A DNA stretch of 64,000 nt, from the NCBI GenBank assembly GCA_963664395.2, contig OY761159.2:256001-320000 (forward strand), given 5' to 3'. Made by a program: the position numbers and the translations under genes. Origin of the DNA: Candidatus Binatia bacterium (GTDB lineage Bacteria; Desulfobacterota; Binatia; Bin18). Shown here one piece after another: positions 49,195 through 58,850 of the stretch; within the stretch, counting starts at the first letter, position 1; every line of letters starts with the position of its first letter. The notes beneath the pieces are model-generated. The model did no database searches and was not told the origin of the DNA. It saw only the letters and a list, made by a program, of their open reading frames with translations.

Positions 49195-49260
49195 GCAACC
49201 TCTCTCCCCAGCCCTCTCCCTCATGGGGGCGAGGGAGCAGGTTCCTGCTCCCTGCCGGGA
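49195..49260. repeat. CCCTCTCCC-type REP-like element
   Basis: Reverse-orientation relative of 34866-34899; GGGAGCAGG/CCTGCTCCC hairpin. Confidence 0.6.
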
Positions 49261-49312
49261 ACTTGAGCAGTCTCTACAGAGGTGGTAGGCGTGCCAAGGG
49301 AGGGGATGTCTT

Positions 49313-50329
49313 ATGCGTATATGCTGGCTTGTTACCGTTTGTCTGGTGCTCTTGAGCGTTCCAACGCACGCCGAAGAAAAGCGGCCGAAAATTCGCTTTG
49401 GGCTGCAAGTCGCGCAACAGCAAACCACGGTCGAAGAACTCAAAGATGTGTGGCAGGAAGCCGAAGCGTTGGGCTTCGATACCCTATGGGTGAACGATCA
49501 CCTGCTGCCCAGCGTGGGCCCGTCGGACGGGCCCAATTTTGAGTCCTGGACCTTGCTCGGGGCGATGGCGGTCTCTACCTCAAAAATTCGGATTGGCTGT
49601 ATGGTGACGAGTAATACCTTTCGCCATCCGTCCATCCTGGCAAAAATGGCGACCACGGTTGACCATCTGAGCAACGGGCGGCTCATTCTCGGTATTGGCT
49701 CCGGCTGGTTCAAACGTGAGCACGAAGCGTATGGGGTCGAGTTCTCAACCATGAAAGGCCGCGCCCGGCGTCTCGACGAAGCGCTGCAAGTGATTACCAA
49801 GCTCTGGCAAGCCGACCCGACCACGTCGTACGAAGGAAAGTATTATTCGCTGGTTGACGCGCCGTTTGTCCCCAAGCCGCTTCAGCAACCGATGCCACCG
49901 ATTATGATTGGCGGCATCGGCGAAAAGCTGACCCTGCCGCTTGTCGCCCGCTATGCCCAGATGTGGAACGTGCCGATTCTCTCGCCCGGCCAGTTTGCCA
50001 AAAAGAATCAGGTCTTGGAGCAGTACTGCAAAGATATCAACCGAGACTGTAGCGAAATTGAACGGTCCTATCTGACACCGATGTACCTCAATCCGAGCCC
50101 CGAAGCCATGCAAAAAGTGCTGCAACGCGCTATGACCATGCGGAGCATGACTGAGGCGGAAGCACGCCGGACGATTCTCGCCGGCACGCCGGCTGAAATC
50201 CGCACGCAGCTCCAGGCCTATATCGATATTGGCGTCACCCACTTCATTATTAATCTGCGTCGTCCGGGACTGTACGATCGAGAGGCCGTGCGCGTCTTTG
50301 CTAAAGAAGTCATGCCGGCCCTGCGCTAA
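49313..50329 (+). CDS. LLM-class (probably F420-dependent) oxidoreductase with signal-peptide-like N-terminus
   Basis: LWVNDH, NTFRHP.ILAKMATTVDHLSNGR..GIGSGW; MRICWLVTVCLVLLSVPTHA. Confidence 0.88.
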   Translation: MRICWLVTVCLVLLSVPTHAEEKRPKIRFGLQVAQQQTTVEELKDVWQEAEALGFDTLWVNDHLLPSVGPSDGPNFESWTLLGAMAVSTSKIRIGCMVTSNTFRHPSILAKMATTVDHLSNGRLILGIGSGWFKREHEAYGVEFSTMKGRARRLDEALQVITKLWQADPTTSYEGKYYSLVDAPFVPKPLQQPMPPIMIGGIGEKLTLPLVARYAQMWNVPILSPGQFAKKNQVLEQYCKDINRDCSEIERSYLTPMYLNPSPEAMQKVLQRAMTMRSMTEAEARRTILAGTPAEIRTQLQAYIDIGVTHFIINLRRPGLYDREAVRVFAKEVMPALR

Positions 50330-50340
50330 CGTTCCATAAC

Positions 50341-51240
50341 ATGGCCGTCTCCCCCCAACGCCGCGCCCTGCTGCTTATGATTCTGACGGCCCTGGTGTGG
50401 TCCGGTCTGTTTCCAACCGGGAAAGTCGCCCTGCGCAGCATCCCCCCCTTTACGTTTGCGGCTATTCGTTTAACCATTGGTGCCGCTCTCCTCTTTCTCT
50501 ATCTTCGGCGCAAGAATGACGCTGAAGAGATGCCGATCAACTGGACACCACGACTGGTTGGCAGTTTCCTTTTCCTCGGCTTCACCGGCTATCTGCTGTC
50601 TGTGGGCGGAAGTTATCAGGGTCTGCGTTTAACCACGGCCACGAATGCGGCCCTGCTCAACGCGGCGTCGCCTATTGCCATTGCGCTCTTGGCGGGTGTG
50701 TTTCTGAAAGAGAGAATGTCGTCCAGGATGCTGCTGGGCATTGTTATTTCTATTGTTGGCGTTGGGGTTATTGTTGCGCGGGGCTCGTGGCAGGTCATTA
50801 CCGCCAACGAGTACAACCCAGGCGATCTTATTATTGTTGCCACGTTGTTTGCCTGGGGCATCTATACGACCTATGGCCGCCACCTCATGCAGGAGGTCTC
50901 TCCGCTGGCAGCCACGACCTATGCCTATATTGCCGGCGCGACGTATTTAATCATTGCCTGCTGGTGGACGGAGTGGGAGAGTTGGCAGTTCGCACAAACG
51001 CGCTGGGATTCCTGGCTGGCGCTGGCGTATCAAAGTACGCTCGGGACATTCGCTCACTTCTGGTACTATCAGGCGGTTGAAATCCTGGGGCCCAGTCGGG
51101 CCGGCGTGTTTATCAATCTGGTGCCGGTCATGGCCATTGGCATCGCCTATGTCTTTCTTGATGAGGCGTTAACCCTTCCCCATCTGGTTGGCGGGCTCAT
51201 TGTGCTGGTTGGCGTCGGCGTAGCAGCCCGGCGCTCATAA
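50341..51240 (+). CDS. DMT/EamA-family transporter
   Basis: About 10 TM helices; GPSRAGVFINLVP. Confidence 0.92.
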   Translation: MAVSPQRRALLLMILTALVWSGLFPTGKVALRSIPPFTFAAIRLTIGAALLFLYLRRKNDAEEMPINWTPRLVGSFLFLGFTGYLLSVGGSYQGLRLTTATNAALLNAASPIAIALLAGVFLKERMSSRMLLGIVISIVGVGVIVARGSWQVITANEYNPGDLIIVATLFAWGIYTTYGRHLMQEVSPLAATTYAYIAGATYLIIACWWTEWESWQFAQTRWDSWLALAYQSTLGTFAHFWYYQAVEILGPSRAGVFINLVPVMAIGIAYVFLDEALTLPHLVGGLIVLVGVGVAARRS

Positions 51241-51251
51241 AGGATGAGAAC

Positions 51252-52292
51252 TCAAGTAACCGCAGCCGCCGCAGCCGCCTCAGCCACCCCATTCTGGCTG
51301 TGCGCGACCACCCATTCACCGGTCCGACTGAGCGTAATACCGTCCGGACCAAGATCGTCAGGAAGGTGACGGGCGGATTGAACCGCCTTCTCAAAGGCGT
51401 CGTTGCCCTCCAGCCCCAAGGCTTTCAGGACCGGGTTATGGACCTTTTCACGGTGGATCTCGCCGCTGTACAGCTTGGTCCGCAAGATGGCGCGCAGATA
51501 GCTACGGGCATTGGGAATAAAGCGCAGGGCTGGCATCTCGAATCCGCGAAAGACGGTGTCCAAAGTCTCGAACGCGAACGACGGGAAGTATTTTATATGG
51601 CTTTGCACAACTTTCAGAAAGAGACCGTGATGGGTGATCTCATCCTGGCCGACAACGCGCAAGGCTTCTGAGGCGCCAATCTCAGAGCCACATTTTTTCT
51701 CTTGCAGCGTGGGCATGGCCGGCAGGCCATATTCTTCACGAATACGCGCCCGCATTTCTTGATAGTTGAAATAGGTCGCTCGCTCCTGGACCATTGCATA
51801 GCTCGCGCTTCCGAGTGGAGTGTCGAGGCCGGGATGGTGGTCTGCGTCCCACCGAACTTCTTGCACCTTATTGAGGTAAGCCTGGATTTCAGCCTCGGTG
51901 CGGACCCCGGAATGCTGCAACACGATTTCCCATGCGACGCCGTGGCGCGCTTCTTCCGCCCCCCACTGCAACTGCATATTCCGCCGGGTGCGGTTGTGTC
52001 GAAAGAGCTCAAGCCCCGTCGTCACATAGTCGGCAACGTATTCTTCCACGCCGAGGAAACCCTCTAGTAAGTTGACCGTTTCTTTGCTCAAGCGGTCCCC
52101 GAACTGACGCATCTCTTCAAGCGGGAAATCGTGCCACGGGGACCAATTGCGCGTCTTCATAGCTCGGCCGAAATACTCGATATAATGCCCCAGCACCTCT
52201 CGCTCGAGCGCATGCTGTTTGGCCGCAGGCGTCCACGGACTGTTCACAATCTCCAGGCGGGTGGGTGGTGTTGCGCGTTGTAGTGAAGACAT
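51252..52292 (-). CDS. Acyl-ACP desaturase-like di-iron protein
   Basis: WGAEEARHG, QERAT, DEITH, FEMP. Confidence 0.82.
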   Translation of the reverse strand: MSSLQRATPPTRLEIVNSPWTPAAKQHALEREVLGHYIEYFGRAMKTRNWSPWHDFPLEEMRQFGDRLSKETVNLLEGFLGVEEYVADYVTTGLELFRHNRTRRNMQLQWGAEEARHGVAWEIVLQHSGVRTEAEIQAYLNKVQEVRWDADHHPGLDTPLGSASYAMVQERATYFNYQEMRARIREEYGLPAMPTLQEKKCGSEIGASEALRVVGQDEITHHGLFLKVVQSHIKYFPSFAFETLDTVFRGFEMPALRFIPNARSYLRAILRTKLYSGEIHREKVHNPVLKALGLEGNDAFEKAVQSARHLPDDLGPDGITLSRTGEWVVAHSQNGVAEAAAAAAVT

Positions 52293-52584
52293 AGACGGCT
52301 CGGTATTCCTTTTCGCGCAACAGGCGGGCTCTTTTGCCTTGTCGCACTCCCCAGTCCTCCGGGCATGGCTCGGGAAGCGAGGCGTATAGGGTTTCCTTAT
52401 ATATAAGGCGTGCTTCTTCTCTCCACCCGCACCCTACACTATTCTTTAGCCTGTTGTCACGCGCCTCCAAATAAGATGTTGGAATTGCGGGTATGATACC
52501 TGAAGCGAGAGAGCATACGCTTTTCCCTTGTGCCGCAGCGTATGCTATAGACAGTGTTACACACTACAAGAAGGAGGGTTAAGC

Positions 52585-53133
52585 ATGGCGATTGAAGTTG
52601 TTGAACTCCATCATCACGGGATTCGGATCGGCAATACCCAAGAGGATGCGGAAAAGGCCCGGGATTTTTATTCCGGCGTCCTGGGATTAGGGACTGATCC
52701 GGCCCGGCCCAATATTGCATCCATTCCCGGCTTTTGGATGTATGTCGGTCAAGGGGAAAATACGACCCAGATTCATCTGATGGGTGCCAAAGGTAAGTCA
52801 CCCATGGCGCGGTCCAAAAAAGAAGACCCCACCCTGCCCCACGTCGCCCTTGCGGTCAAAGATATGAAGGCAGCGCGCAAGGAACTCGATAAGCGCGGTA
52901 TCTGGTATTGGGGCATTCAGGGCTTAGTCGGCCAGAATTCGGATCAGGTATTTGTCCGCGACCCCTTTGATAATATTATCGAGCTGCATCAGGTCGGGAC
53001 GTGTACGTGCAATAAGGTTGCGCTCAAGCCCGCGAGAAAACGAACCGCATCGGCAAAACGGACGGCCGCCAAGCAGCGAACGACGGCGAAAAAGAGGACG
53101 ACGGCGAAAAAGTCGGCTGCTTCCAAGAAGTAA
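52585..53133 (+). CDS. VOC/glyoxalase protein with basic C-terminal tail
   Basis: LHHHGI, FYSGVLG, HVAL, RDPFDNIIEL; AGGAGG RBS. Confidence 0.88.
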   Translation: MAIEVVELHHHGIRIGNTQEDAEKARDFYSGVLGLGTDPARPNIASIPGFWMYVGQGENTTQIHLMGAKGKSPMARSKKEDPTLPHVALAVKDMKAARKELDKRGIWYWGIQGLVGQNSDQVFVRDPFDNIIELHQVGTCTCNKVALKPARKRTASAKRTAAKQRTTAKKRTTAKKSAASKK

Positions 53134-53150
53134 AACAGACGAAGCAAGAC

Positions 53151-54269
53151 ATGCCGTATACCGAACGCCTCCTCTCAGCCGACTCTCATATCGTGGAGCC
53201 AGCAGACCTGTGGCTGACACGTATGGATAAAAAATGGCGAGATAAAGCGCCCCGCATTGAGGCGCTGGACGAGAGCGGTGATTATATTGTCATTGACGGT
53301 CTCCGTCCGCGTCCGTTGGCGTTTGAAGGTCCGATGCAGGATCTCAAGGCCCAAGGCATGGATATCCCCTCTCCCAAGGGCTTTAAGTATTCGGATAATC
53401 GCCCTGGGAGCTGGGACCCGCATGAACGGCTGAAAGACCAGGACATGGATGGGGTGTCTGGGGAAGTCATCTATCCTGGGGTGGGTCTGACACTCGTGCG
53501 CGCCCCGGATGCCGAATACCTGTACGCCTGCTGCCGGGCGTATAACGACTGGCTGGCAGAGTATTGTTCGGCCTATCCGGATCGACTCAAAGGGGTGGGC
53601 ATGGTTCCGTGTCGGGGTCCTATCGAATGGGCCATTGAAGAAACGGAACGTTGCGCCACGTTGGGTCTCGTCAGCGTCATGCTCCCAGCCTGGGTGGACG
53701 ACCGTCCGTTTAATCTGCCCGACTGGGACCCGCTATGGGCGGCGCTGCAGGACATGAACCTCATTGCCAGCATCCACATTGGAGGCCGCGACCCGTTTGG
53801 CCGAGCGCACGGTCCGGGGGCCGGTGGAATCATCATCGGTATTGTGAAGTTTGAGATGAACGATACCCTGCAGCACCTTATTTGGGGTGGCGCTCCGGTC
53901 CGCTTCCCCAAGCTGAAATGGGCCTTGGTCGAAAGCGGTATCGGCTGGATTGGCGCTGCGCTGGGCTTTATGGACCACTGGTGGCGGGATCATAAGGGCT
54001 GGATGGAGCCACGTTTACCTGAGCGACCAAGTACGTATTTCCACCGTCAGTTTTATGCCACGTTTGAGGATGATCGAGCCGGGGTGCTCACCCGCGAGTT
54101 ACTGGGAGTAGAGAACCTGATGTGGGGCTCGGATTATCCGCACACTGAAGGGGTATGGCCGTTCTCGCGCAAGCAGGTAGCGGATAATTTTTCTGCCATT
54201 CCAGAAGACGATACGCGCAAGATCGTACACGATAACTGCGTCAGGCTGTACGGTTTTCCCGCGGAGTAG
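53151..54269 (+). CDS. Amidohydrolase family 2 protein
   Basis: SADSH, VESGIGW, WGSDYPH. Confidence 0.92.
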   Translation: MPYTERLLSADSHIVEPADLWLTRMDKKWRDKAPRIEALDESGDYIVIDGLRPRPLAFEGPMQDLKAQGMDIPSPKGFKYSDNRPGSWDPHERLKDQDMDGVSGEVIYPGVGLTLVRAPDAEYLYACCRAYNDWLAEYCSAYPDRLKGVGMVPCRGPIEWAIEETERCATLGLVSVMLPAWVDDRPFNLPDWDPLWAALQDMNLIASIHIGGRDPFGRAHGPGAGGIIIGIVKFEMNDTLQHLIWGGAPVRFPKLKWALVESGIGWIGAALGFMDHWWRDHKGWMEPRLPERPSTYFHRQFYATFEDDRAGVLTRELLGVENLMWGSDYPHTEGVWPFSRKQVADNFSAIPEDDTRKIVHDNCVRLYGFPAE

Positions 54270-54311
54270 CACTGAGAGCATGAGGGATTAGGGGACTGGG
54301 GACTGGGGACG

Positions 54312-54695
54312 ATGGTGAGCCGGTATCAGAAAATTCTCCACCGCCTCTTCCCCTCTCTATTCCCTGATTCCCAGCCGCCATCTCCTCCGGTGCGCGTTCC
54401 ACTCGGCGCGTTGGATGATTTTCCGGACGGCCAAGGCAAGCCGGTCGTCATAGCCGGAAGAAAAATCGCGATCTTTCGACTGGGTGAAGAGGTGTATGCA
54501 CTGCATAACTCCTGTCCGCATAATCGCGTCCCACTGTCCGGTGGCAGCCTGACAGGTCACACGCTTATATGCCGAGCGCACCGGGCCCGCTTCGATATCA
54601 GATCGGGAAACGTTCTTCGGGGGCCTGCCCGCAAGCCGGTTCGGACCTATCCCGTGTATCGCACAGGCGACACGCTCGAAATCGAAGTCGGCTAG
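54312..54695 (+). CDS. Rieske 2Fe-2S ferredoxin
   Basis: CPH...CRAH. Confidence 0.88.
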   Translation: MVSRYQKILHRLFPSLFPDSQPPSPPVRVPLGALDDFPDGQGKPVVIAGRKIAIFRLGEEVYALHNSCPHNRVPLSGGSLTGHTLICRAHRARFDIRSGNVLRGPARKPVRTYPVYRTGDTLEIEVG

Positions 54696-54737
54696 CACGT
54701 ATTCCTCAAAGAGAAATAGTCAATGGAAAATGCCTGC

Positions 54738-55055
54738 TCACTCATGAGACGGAGACTGCATTTGCTCGACTTCCCATTCCCAGGGGAGGGCGTACTTCTT
54801 TTTGCTATTGCAGTCTTTGCATGCAGCAACGAGGTTGCCTTTGGTCGACTTGCCGCCTCGGACGAGGGGAATAAGGTGATCCATGGTGAGTTCAGCAGGT
54901 GAAAACTTCTGCTGACAGTAGTAACACACCCCACTCGCACGTTTGCGCTTCCACCAGGCTGAACGGCGCAGTTCACGGGCGCGATTTTTTTCACGTTGGA
55001 TGTCGGCCGATGTGACGTCCGACAAGAAATCATTTTTAAGTGGAGTCCGACCCAT
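54738..55055 (-). CDS. Small HNH endonuclease-family protein
   Basis: CYYC, MDHLIP..RGG..N..ACKDCN. Confidence 0.9.
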   Translation of the reverse strand: MGRTPLKNDFLSDVTSADIQREKNRARELRRSAWWKRKRASGVCYYCQQKFSPAELTMDHLIPLVRGGKSTKGNLVAACKDCNSKKKYALPWEWEVEQMQSPSHE

Positions 55056-55164
55056 TGTCCTTCTCCCGGCGTGCCTCTTAGCCTAGCATAGAATACGGCT
55101 GGAAAAAGATATTCTCCTTCGAGGGGGTTTTTTCCGGTCGAACGCCAGCTCTACAGGAATCCAA

Positions 55165-55201
55165 TAAAAAAACGGGGCGCTCCTAAGAAGAACGCCCCGT
55201 T
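55165..55201 (-). terminator. Rho-independent terminator
   Basis: AACGGGGCG/CGCCCCGTT stem followed by a T-run on the minus strand. Confidence 0.7.
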
Positions 55202-55239
55202 CCGTATCTACCTACGTGGGATGTACGAGACCCGAGTGC

Positions 55240-55617
55240 TTAGTGTGAGCCCTCATGCTCCTTATCCATATCCTCGCCGCCCTCGGATGCTTCGGCAGCC
55301 GCCTCTTCCGTACCTTCAGCAGCCGCCTCTTCCGTACCTTCAGCAGCCGCCTCTTCCGTACCTTCGGCAGCCGCCTCTTCCGTACCTTCGGCAGCCGCCT
55401 CTTCCGTACCTTCGGCAGCCGCCTCTTCCGTACCTTCGGCAGCCGCCTCTTCCGTACCTTCGGCAGCCGCCTCTTCCGTACCTTCGGCAGCCGCCTCTTC
55501 CGTACCTTCGGCAGCCGCCTCTTCTGCATCGCCATGGTGATCTGCATACACGCCTATGGGAGCTCCGACGAGTCCTATGGTCAGGGCACATGCCATCATT
55601 GTTGTCCAACGCTTCAT
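55240..55617 (-). CDS. Secreted acidic repeat protein (EEAAAEGT)n
   Basis: AGGAG RBS; signal peptide ending VYA; repeats in frame. Confidence 0.8.
   Translation of the reverse strand: MKRWTTMMACALTIGLVGAPIGVYADHHGDAEEAAAEGTEEAAAEGTEEAAAEGTEEAAAEGTEEAAAEGTEEAAAEGTEEAAAEGTEEAAAEGTEEAAAEGTEEAAAEASEGGEDMDKEHEGSH
55290..55524. repeat. 24-bp tandem repeat, about 10 copies
   Basis: CTTC(G/A)GCAGCCGCCTCTTCCGTAC head to tail with no spacers. Confidence 0.97.
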
Positions 55618-55948
55618 CTGTAGTCTCCTTTCGTGCGGCTGCTCTGTCCGAGCTTCGCTCGCTTCACTTCCTCTATTATATTCAACCTTTTCCCGATTAA
55701 AACAAGCTCCCACGTAGAAAACGTTGCCTCCTTACAAACACCTCGCTCCGATGACTTACTCGCTCTTGTTATTTTGTATGGCACCTGTCATTGCATGAGT
55801 AGTATTCTTAGCCGCGATTTTGGCTCAGGCAAGCGGACTAACCTGTTGGGATACTGTCTTATCACAAAAATCATGAAAGTCCATTCTATTAGCATATCCA
55901 TTGCCCTTCCGAGCACAGGAGTTTTACACGACGCGGGGTAGCGATAGG

Positions 55949-57958
55949 ATGGCAGATAGTACGGAAAAGAGCAGCAAAAGAAGGGGGTACCACGCGCTCC
56001 GGGGGCTTCTGAGTTCACAATTTCTGGGGGCGTTTAACGATAATGTCTATAAGATCGTGCTGTCATTGCTCACCGCAAACCAGGCCCTCGCCACAGGTGA
56101 AGGCAGCAGCGCTATCGCGCTTATTGGCGCCATCTTTATCCTGCCTTTTGTGCTGTTCTCGGGCTATGCCGGCTATGTGGCGGATGTGTTCAGCAAGCGC
56201 ACTGTTCTGATCACCGCCAAATGTCTTGAAATCGTCAGTATGGGCTTAGGCATTTTCGCCTTTCTGGCGGGTCAGCTCCCCCTCATGCTGGGGGTGTTGT
56301 TTCTCATGGCCCTTCAGTCCACTTTTTTTAGTCCGGCCAAGTACGGTATCTTGCCCGAACTGCTCCCGGACCGTGACCTCTCCCGAGCCAATGGGCTGAT
56401 GGAGATGGGCACCTTTCTGGCTATTATCCTTGGCACCTCGATCGGGAGTTTTCTGTTTACGACCTGGAACGATCAGCTCGAACGGGTCGGCCTTGTTCTT
56501 CTTGGGCTCGCGCTGGTCGGCAGCCTGGCCAGCCTGACTATTCCACCTGTTCCGGCCTCAGGCTCTCACAAGTCGTTCCCGCTTAACCCGTGGGCTGAGA
56601 TCGCACTCGGATTGAAACGTCTCACCCACGAAAAGGTGCTCTGGCTCGCCGCCCTTGGGACTGCCTATTTCTGGTTTCTCGGAGCCCTGCTGCAGATGGA
56701 CCTCATTCTGCTGGGCAAAGAGGTCATGCAACTGAACGATACCCAGGTTGGTCTCTTGGCCACGTTTTTGGCAATCGGCATTGGCACGGGCAGTCTCGCG
56801 GCCGGTCGGCTGTCGGGCGATACGGTTGAACTGGGTCTTGTGCCGCTGGGATCAATCGGCATGGGTATTTTCTCCTTGCTGTTGGCTGGCTCTGCCTCCT
56901 CCTATGCTCAGACTGCAGCCATGCTGGTTGGCCTGGGCTTCTCCGGCGGACTCTTCATTATCCCTTTACAGGCCTTTTTGCAGCAAAAGAGCGGCGCTCA
57001 GGAAAAAGGCCGCGTGCTTGCCACAACAAATTTTCTCACCACAGTCGGCATCCTGATCGCCTCCGGGGCACTGTGGCTGCTGAGAGATTTTCTGGGGATT
57101 CAAGCTGACACGATTATTGCGCTGAGTGGCGTTTGCACCTTTGGCGCGACTGCCTATTTGCTGTACAGCCTGCCTGATTTTCGGATTCGCTGCTACCTGT
57201 GGCTGTACGGAAAGAAAACAGAATGCCGACTGCTATTGAGACGCCTCGTATTCTCTATACTGAGTGTTCTCGTTTTGACGGTCAGCCCAATCACTCCTGT
57301 TGCCTCGGCAGATACTGAGAACGTGATTTTGCTCCACGGTCTGGGCCGGAGCCGCTGGTCAATGCGGACCATGGAAAAGGCGCTCACACAGAGCGGCTAC
57401 CGTGTCTTTAATATGGGCTATCCGTCTACCACTAAGGCTATTCCAGACCTCGCCGCGGAGCTTCACGTACAGGTCCAGCACTGCTGCCATACGAACCAGA
57501 CACATTTTGTGACTCACTCGTTAGGCGGCATTCTGGTTCGGTCATACCTCACGCACTATCCCCTCGATAATCTGGGCCGGGTGGTGATGCTCAGCCCGCC
57601 GAATAAGGGCAGTGAACTGGTTGATGTTTTGGGCAAAGTCGGAGCATTCACCTTCATCCTCGGTCCGGCCAGTGGACAGCTCAGCACTCAGCCGTCGAGT
57701 ATTCCGAACCAGCTCAATCAGCGCGGTCCGGTTGATTTTGAACTCGGTGTTATCACTGGTAATCGGAGCTTCAACCCACTGACCTCGTGGCTCATCCCAG
57801 GGCCGGATGACGGGCGGGTCTCTGTCAACAGTGCCCAAGTTGCCGGTATGGCCGACTTTCTCGTGGTTCCTCGCACCCATACCTTCATCATGTCGAGCCG
57901 GACGGTCATTGAGCAGACCGTCAATTTTCTACGCACTGGGAAATTCGAGCGCCTCTGA
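55949..57958 (+). CDS. LplT/Aas-type MFS transporter fused to an alpha/beta hydrolase
   Basis: QFLGAFNDN, FFSPAKYGILPE, ELGLVPLG; then LLHGLGR, THSLGG, DDGRV, HTF. Confidence 0.85.
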   Translation: MADSTEKSSKRRGYHALRGLLSSQFLGAFNDNVYKIVLSLLTANQALATGEGSSAIALIGAIFILPFVLFSGYAGYVADVFSKRTVLITAKCLEIVSMGLGIFAFLAGQLPLMLGVLFLMALQSTFFSPAKYGILPELLPDRDLSRANGLMEMGTFLAIILGTSIGSFLFTTWNDQLERVGLVLLGLALVGSLASLTIPPVPASGSHKSFPLNPWAEIALGLKRLTHEKVLWLAALGTAYFWFLGALLQMDLILLGKEVMQLNDTQVGLLATFLAIGIGTGSLAAGRLSGDTVELGLVPLGSIGMGIFSLLLAGSASSYAQTAAMLVGLGFSGGLFIIPLQAFLQQKSGAQEKGRVLATTNFLTTVGILIASGALWLLRDFLGIQADTIIALSGVCTFGATAYLLYSLPDFRIRCYLWLYGKKTECRLLLRRLVFSILSVLVLTVSPITPVASADTENVILLHGLGRSRWSMRTMEKALTQSGYRVFNMGYPSTTKAIPDLAAELHVQVQHCCHTNQTHFVTHSLGGILVRSYLTHYPLDNLGRVVMLSPPNKGSELVDVLGKVGAFTFILGPASGQLSTQPSSIPNQLNQRGPVDFELGVITGNRSFNPLTSWLIPGPDDGRVSVNSAQVAGMADFLVVPRTHTFIMSSRTVIEQTVNFLRTGKFERL

Positions 57959-57978
57959 GGCAGTAGCGATTGCCCTCC

Positions 57979-58449
57979 TTACTCTTGCCCGGTCTCCAAT
58001 TTCCCTAGCCCATCCGCCTGAGCCCAGCCCTCAGATATTGGAGTGAAGTAGAACATATCCACCCGGCGGGATGTGAACTTCCACACTCCATCCACCTTGA
58101 CATACTCATCATGCAGGCGTCCTGCGCCAATTAGGCTCTCGTCGCCACGTGTTGCCCGGTTCTCAACCGAACAGATGCCGGTCGCGGTGTCTCCGTGAAT
58201 CTGCATGACATGGTTCGTGAAAAACGGTTTGACCTTGAGGGGCCACGTTGTACGGTAAAATTCTTTGAGGGCGTCTGACCCTTGAATGACCCCTCGGCCC
58301 ATGGCACTGAAATCCACTGAGCCGTCAGCCGTGAACAAACCGGCCATTTTCTCTTCATCCTGGGCTTCAATTGCCAGGCCGTATTGGTAGGTCAGTTCTT
58401 TAATGTGTTCCCGGTCCCACAGTTCTTGAACCATTTCCTCGTGTGTCAT
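57979..58449 (-). CDS. NTF2/SnoaL-like protein
   Basis: DREHIKEL..Y, LFTADG, DEYVKVDGVWKF. Confidence 0.85.
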   Translation of the reverse strand: MTHEEMVQELWDREHIKELTYQYGLAIEAQDEEKMAGLFTADGSVDFSAMGRGVIQGSDALKEFYRTTWPLKVKPFFTNHVMQIHGDTATGICSVENRATRGDESLIGAGRLHDEYVKVDGVWKFTSRRVDMFYFTPISEGWAQADGLGKLETGQE

Positions 58450-58850
58450 TTCTCCTTCTCCTTTTTCTTTACCAGCAAGACTCGCCAACGAAGAGAACTA
58501 TAGAGTGTCGCCCCACGAACGGCAATGTGTAGGTATGCCTCTGATGCCCGAGCAACACATTGCTGCTTAGGAAACAGGCAATCTCTCGCCTAGGACTTTG
58601 TACGACGGGCAAAATCCTTTGTATTCCAGCACTATTCCCACTCAGAAGAGTGGCATTTGATTTGCTCTGTATTAAATCGTTCGACTTCTCTTTTCATGCA
58701 ATGTTTACGCTGATGTCACCAAGGAGACAAAAAGGACGGTTACTCTCGAAGAAACGGAAACGATGGTCACATAGGTGACGATGGTTTGCTTGGTTGGATG
58801 CTGAAATCGCCGTAGAGTAGAGGACGTTCACACAAGACACATGAAGGAGA

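Noticed and set aside
54289-54310. GGGGACT heptamer repeats before the Rieske gene
   Set aside because: Only about three copies; too short to support a function.
54738-55055. HNH nuclease as a defence or homing element
   Set aside because: Small stand-alone HNH in a housekeeping context, with no methylase, intron or repeat association.
55290-55524. Possible CRISPR array
   Set aside because: The 24-bp units are head to tail with no spacers, are in frame within a signal-peptide ORF, and no cas genes are present.
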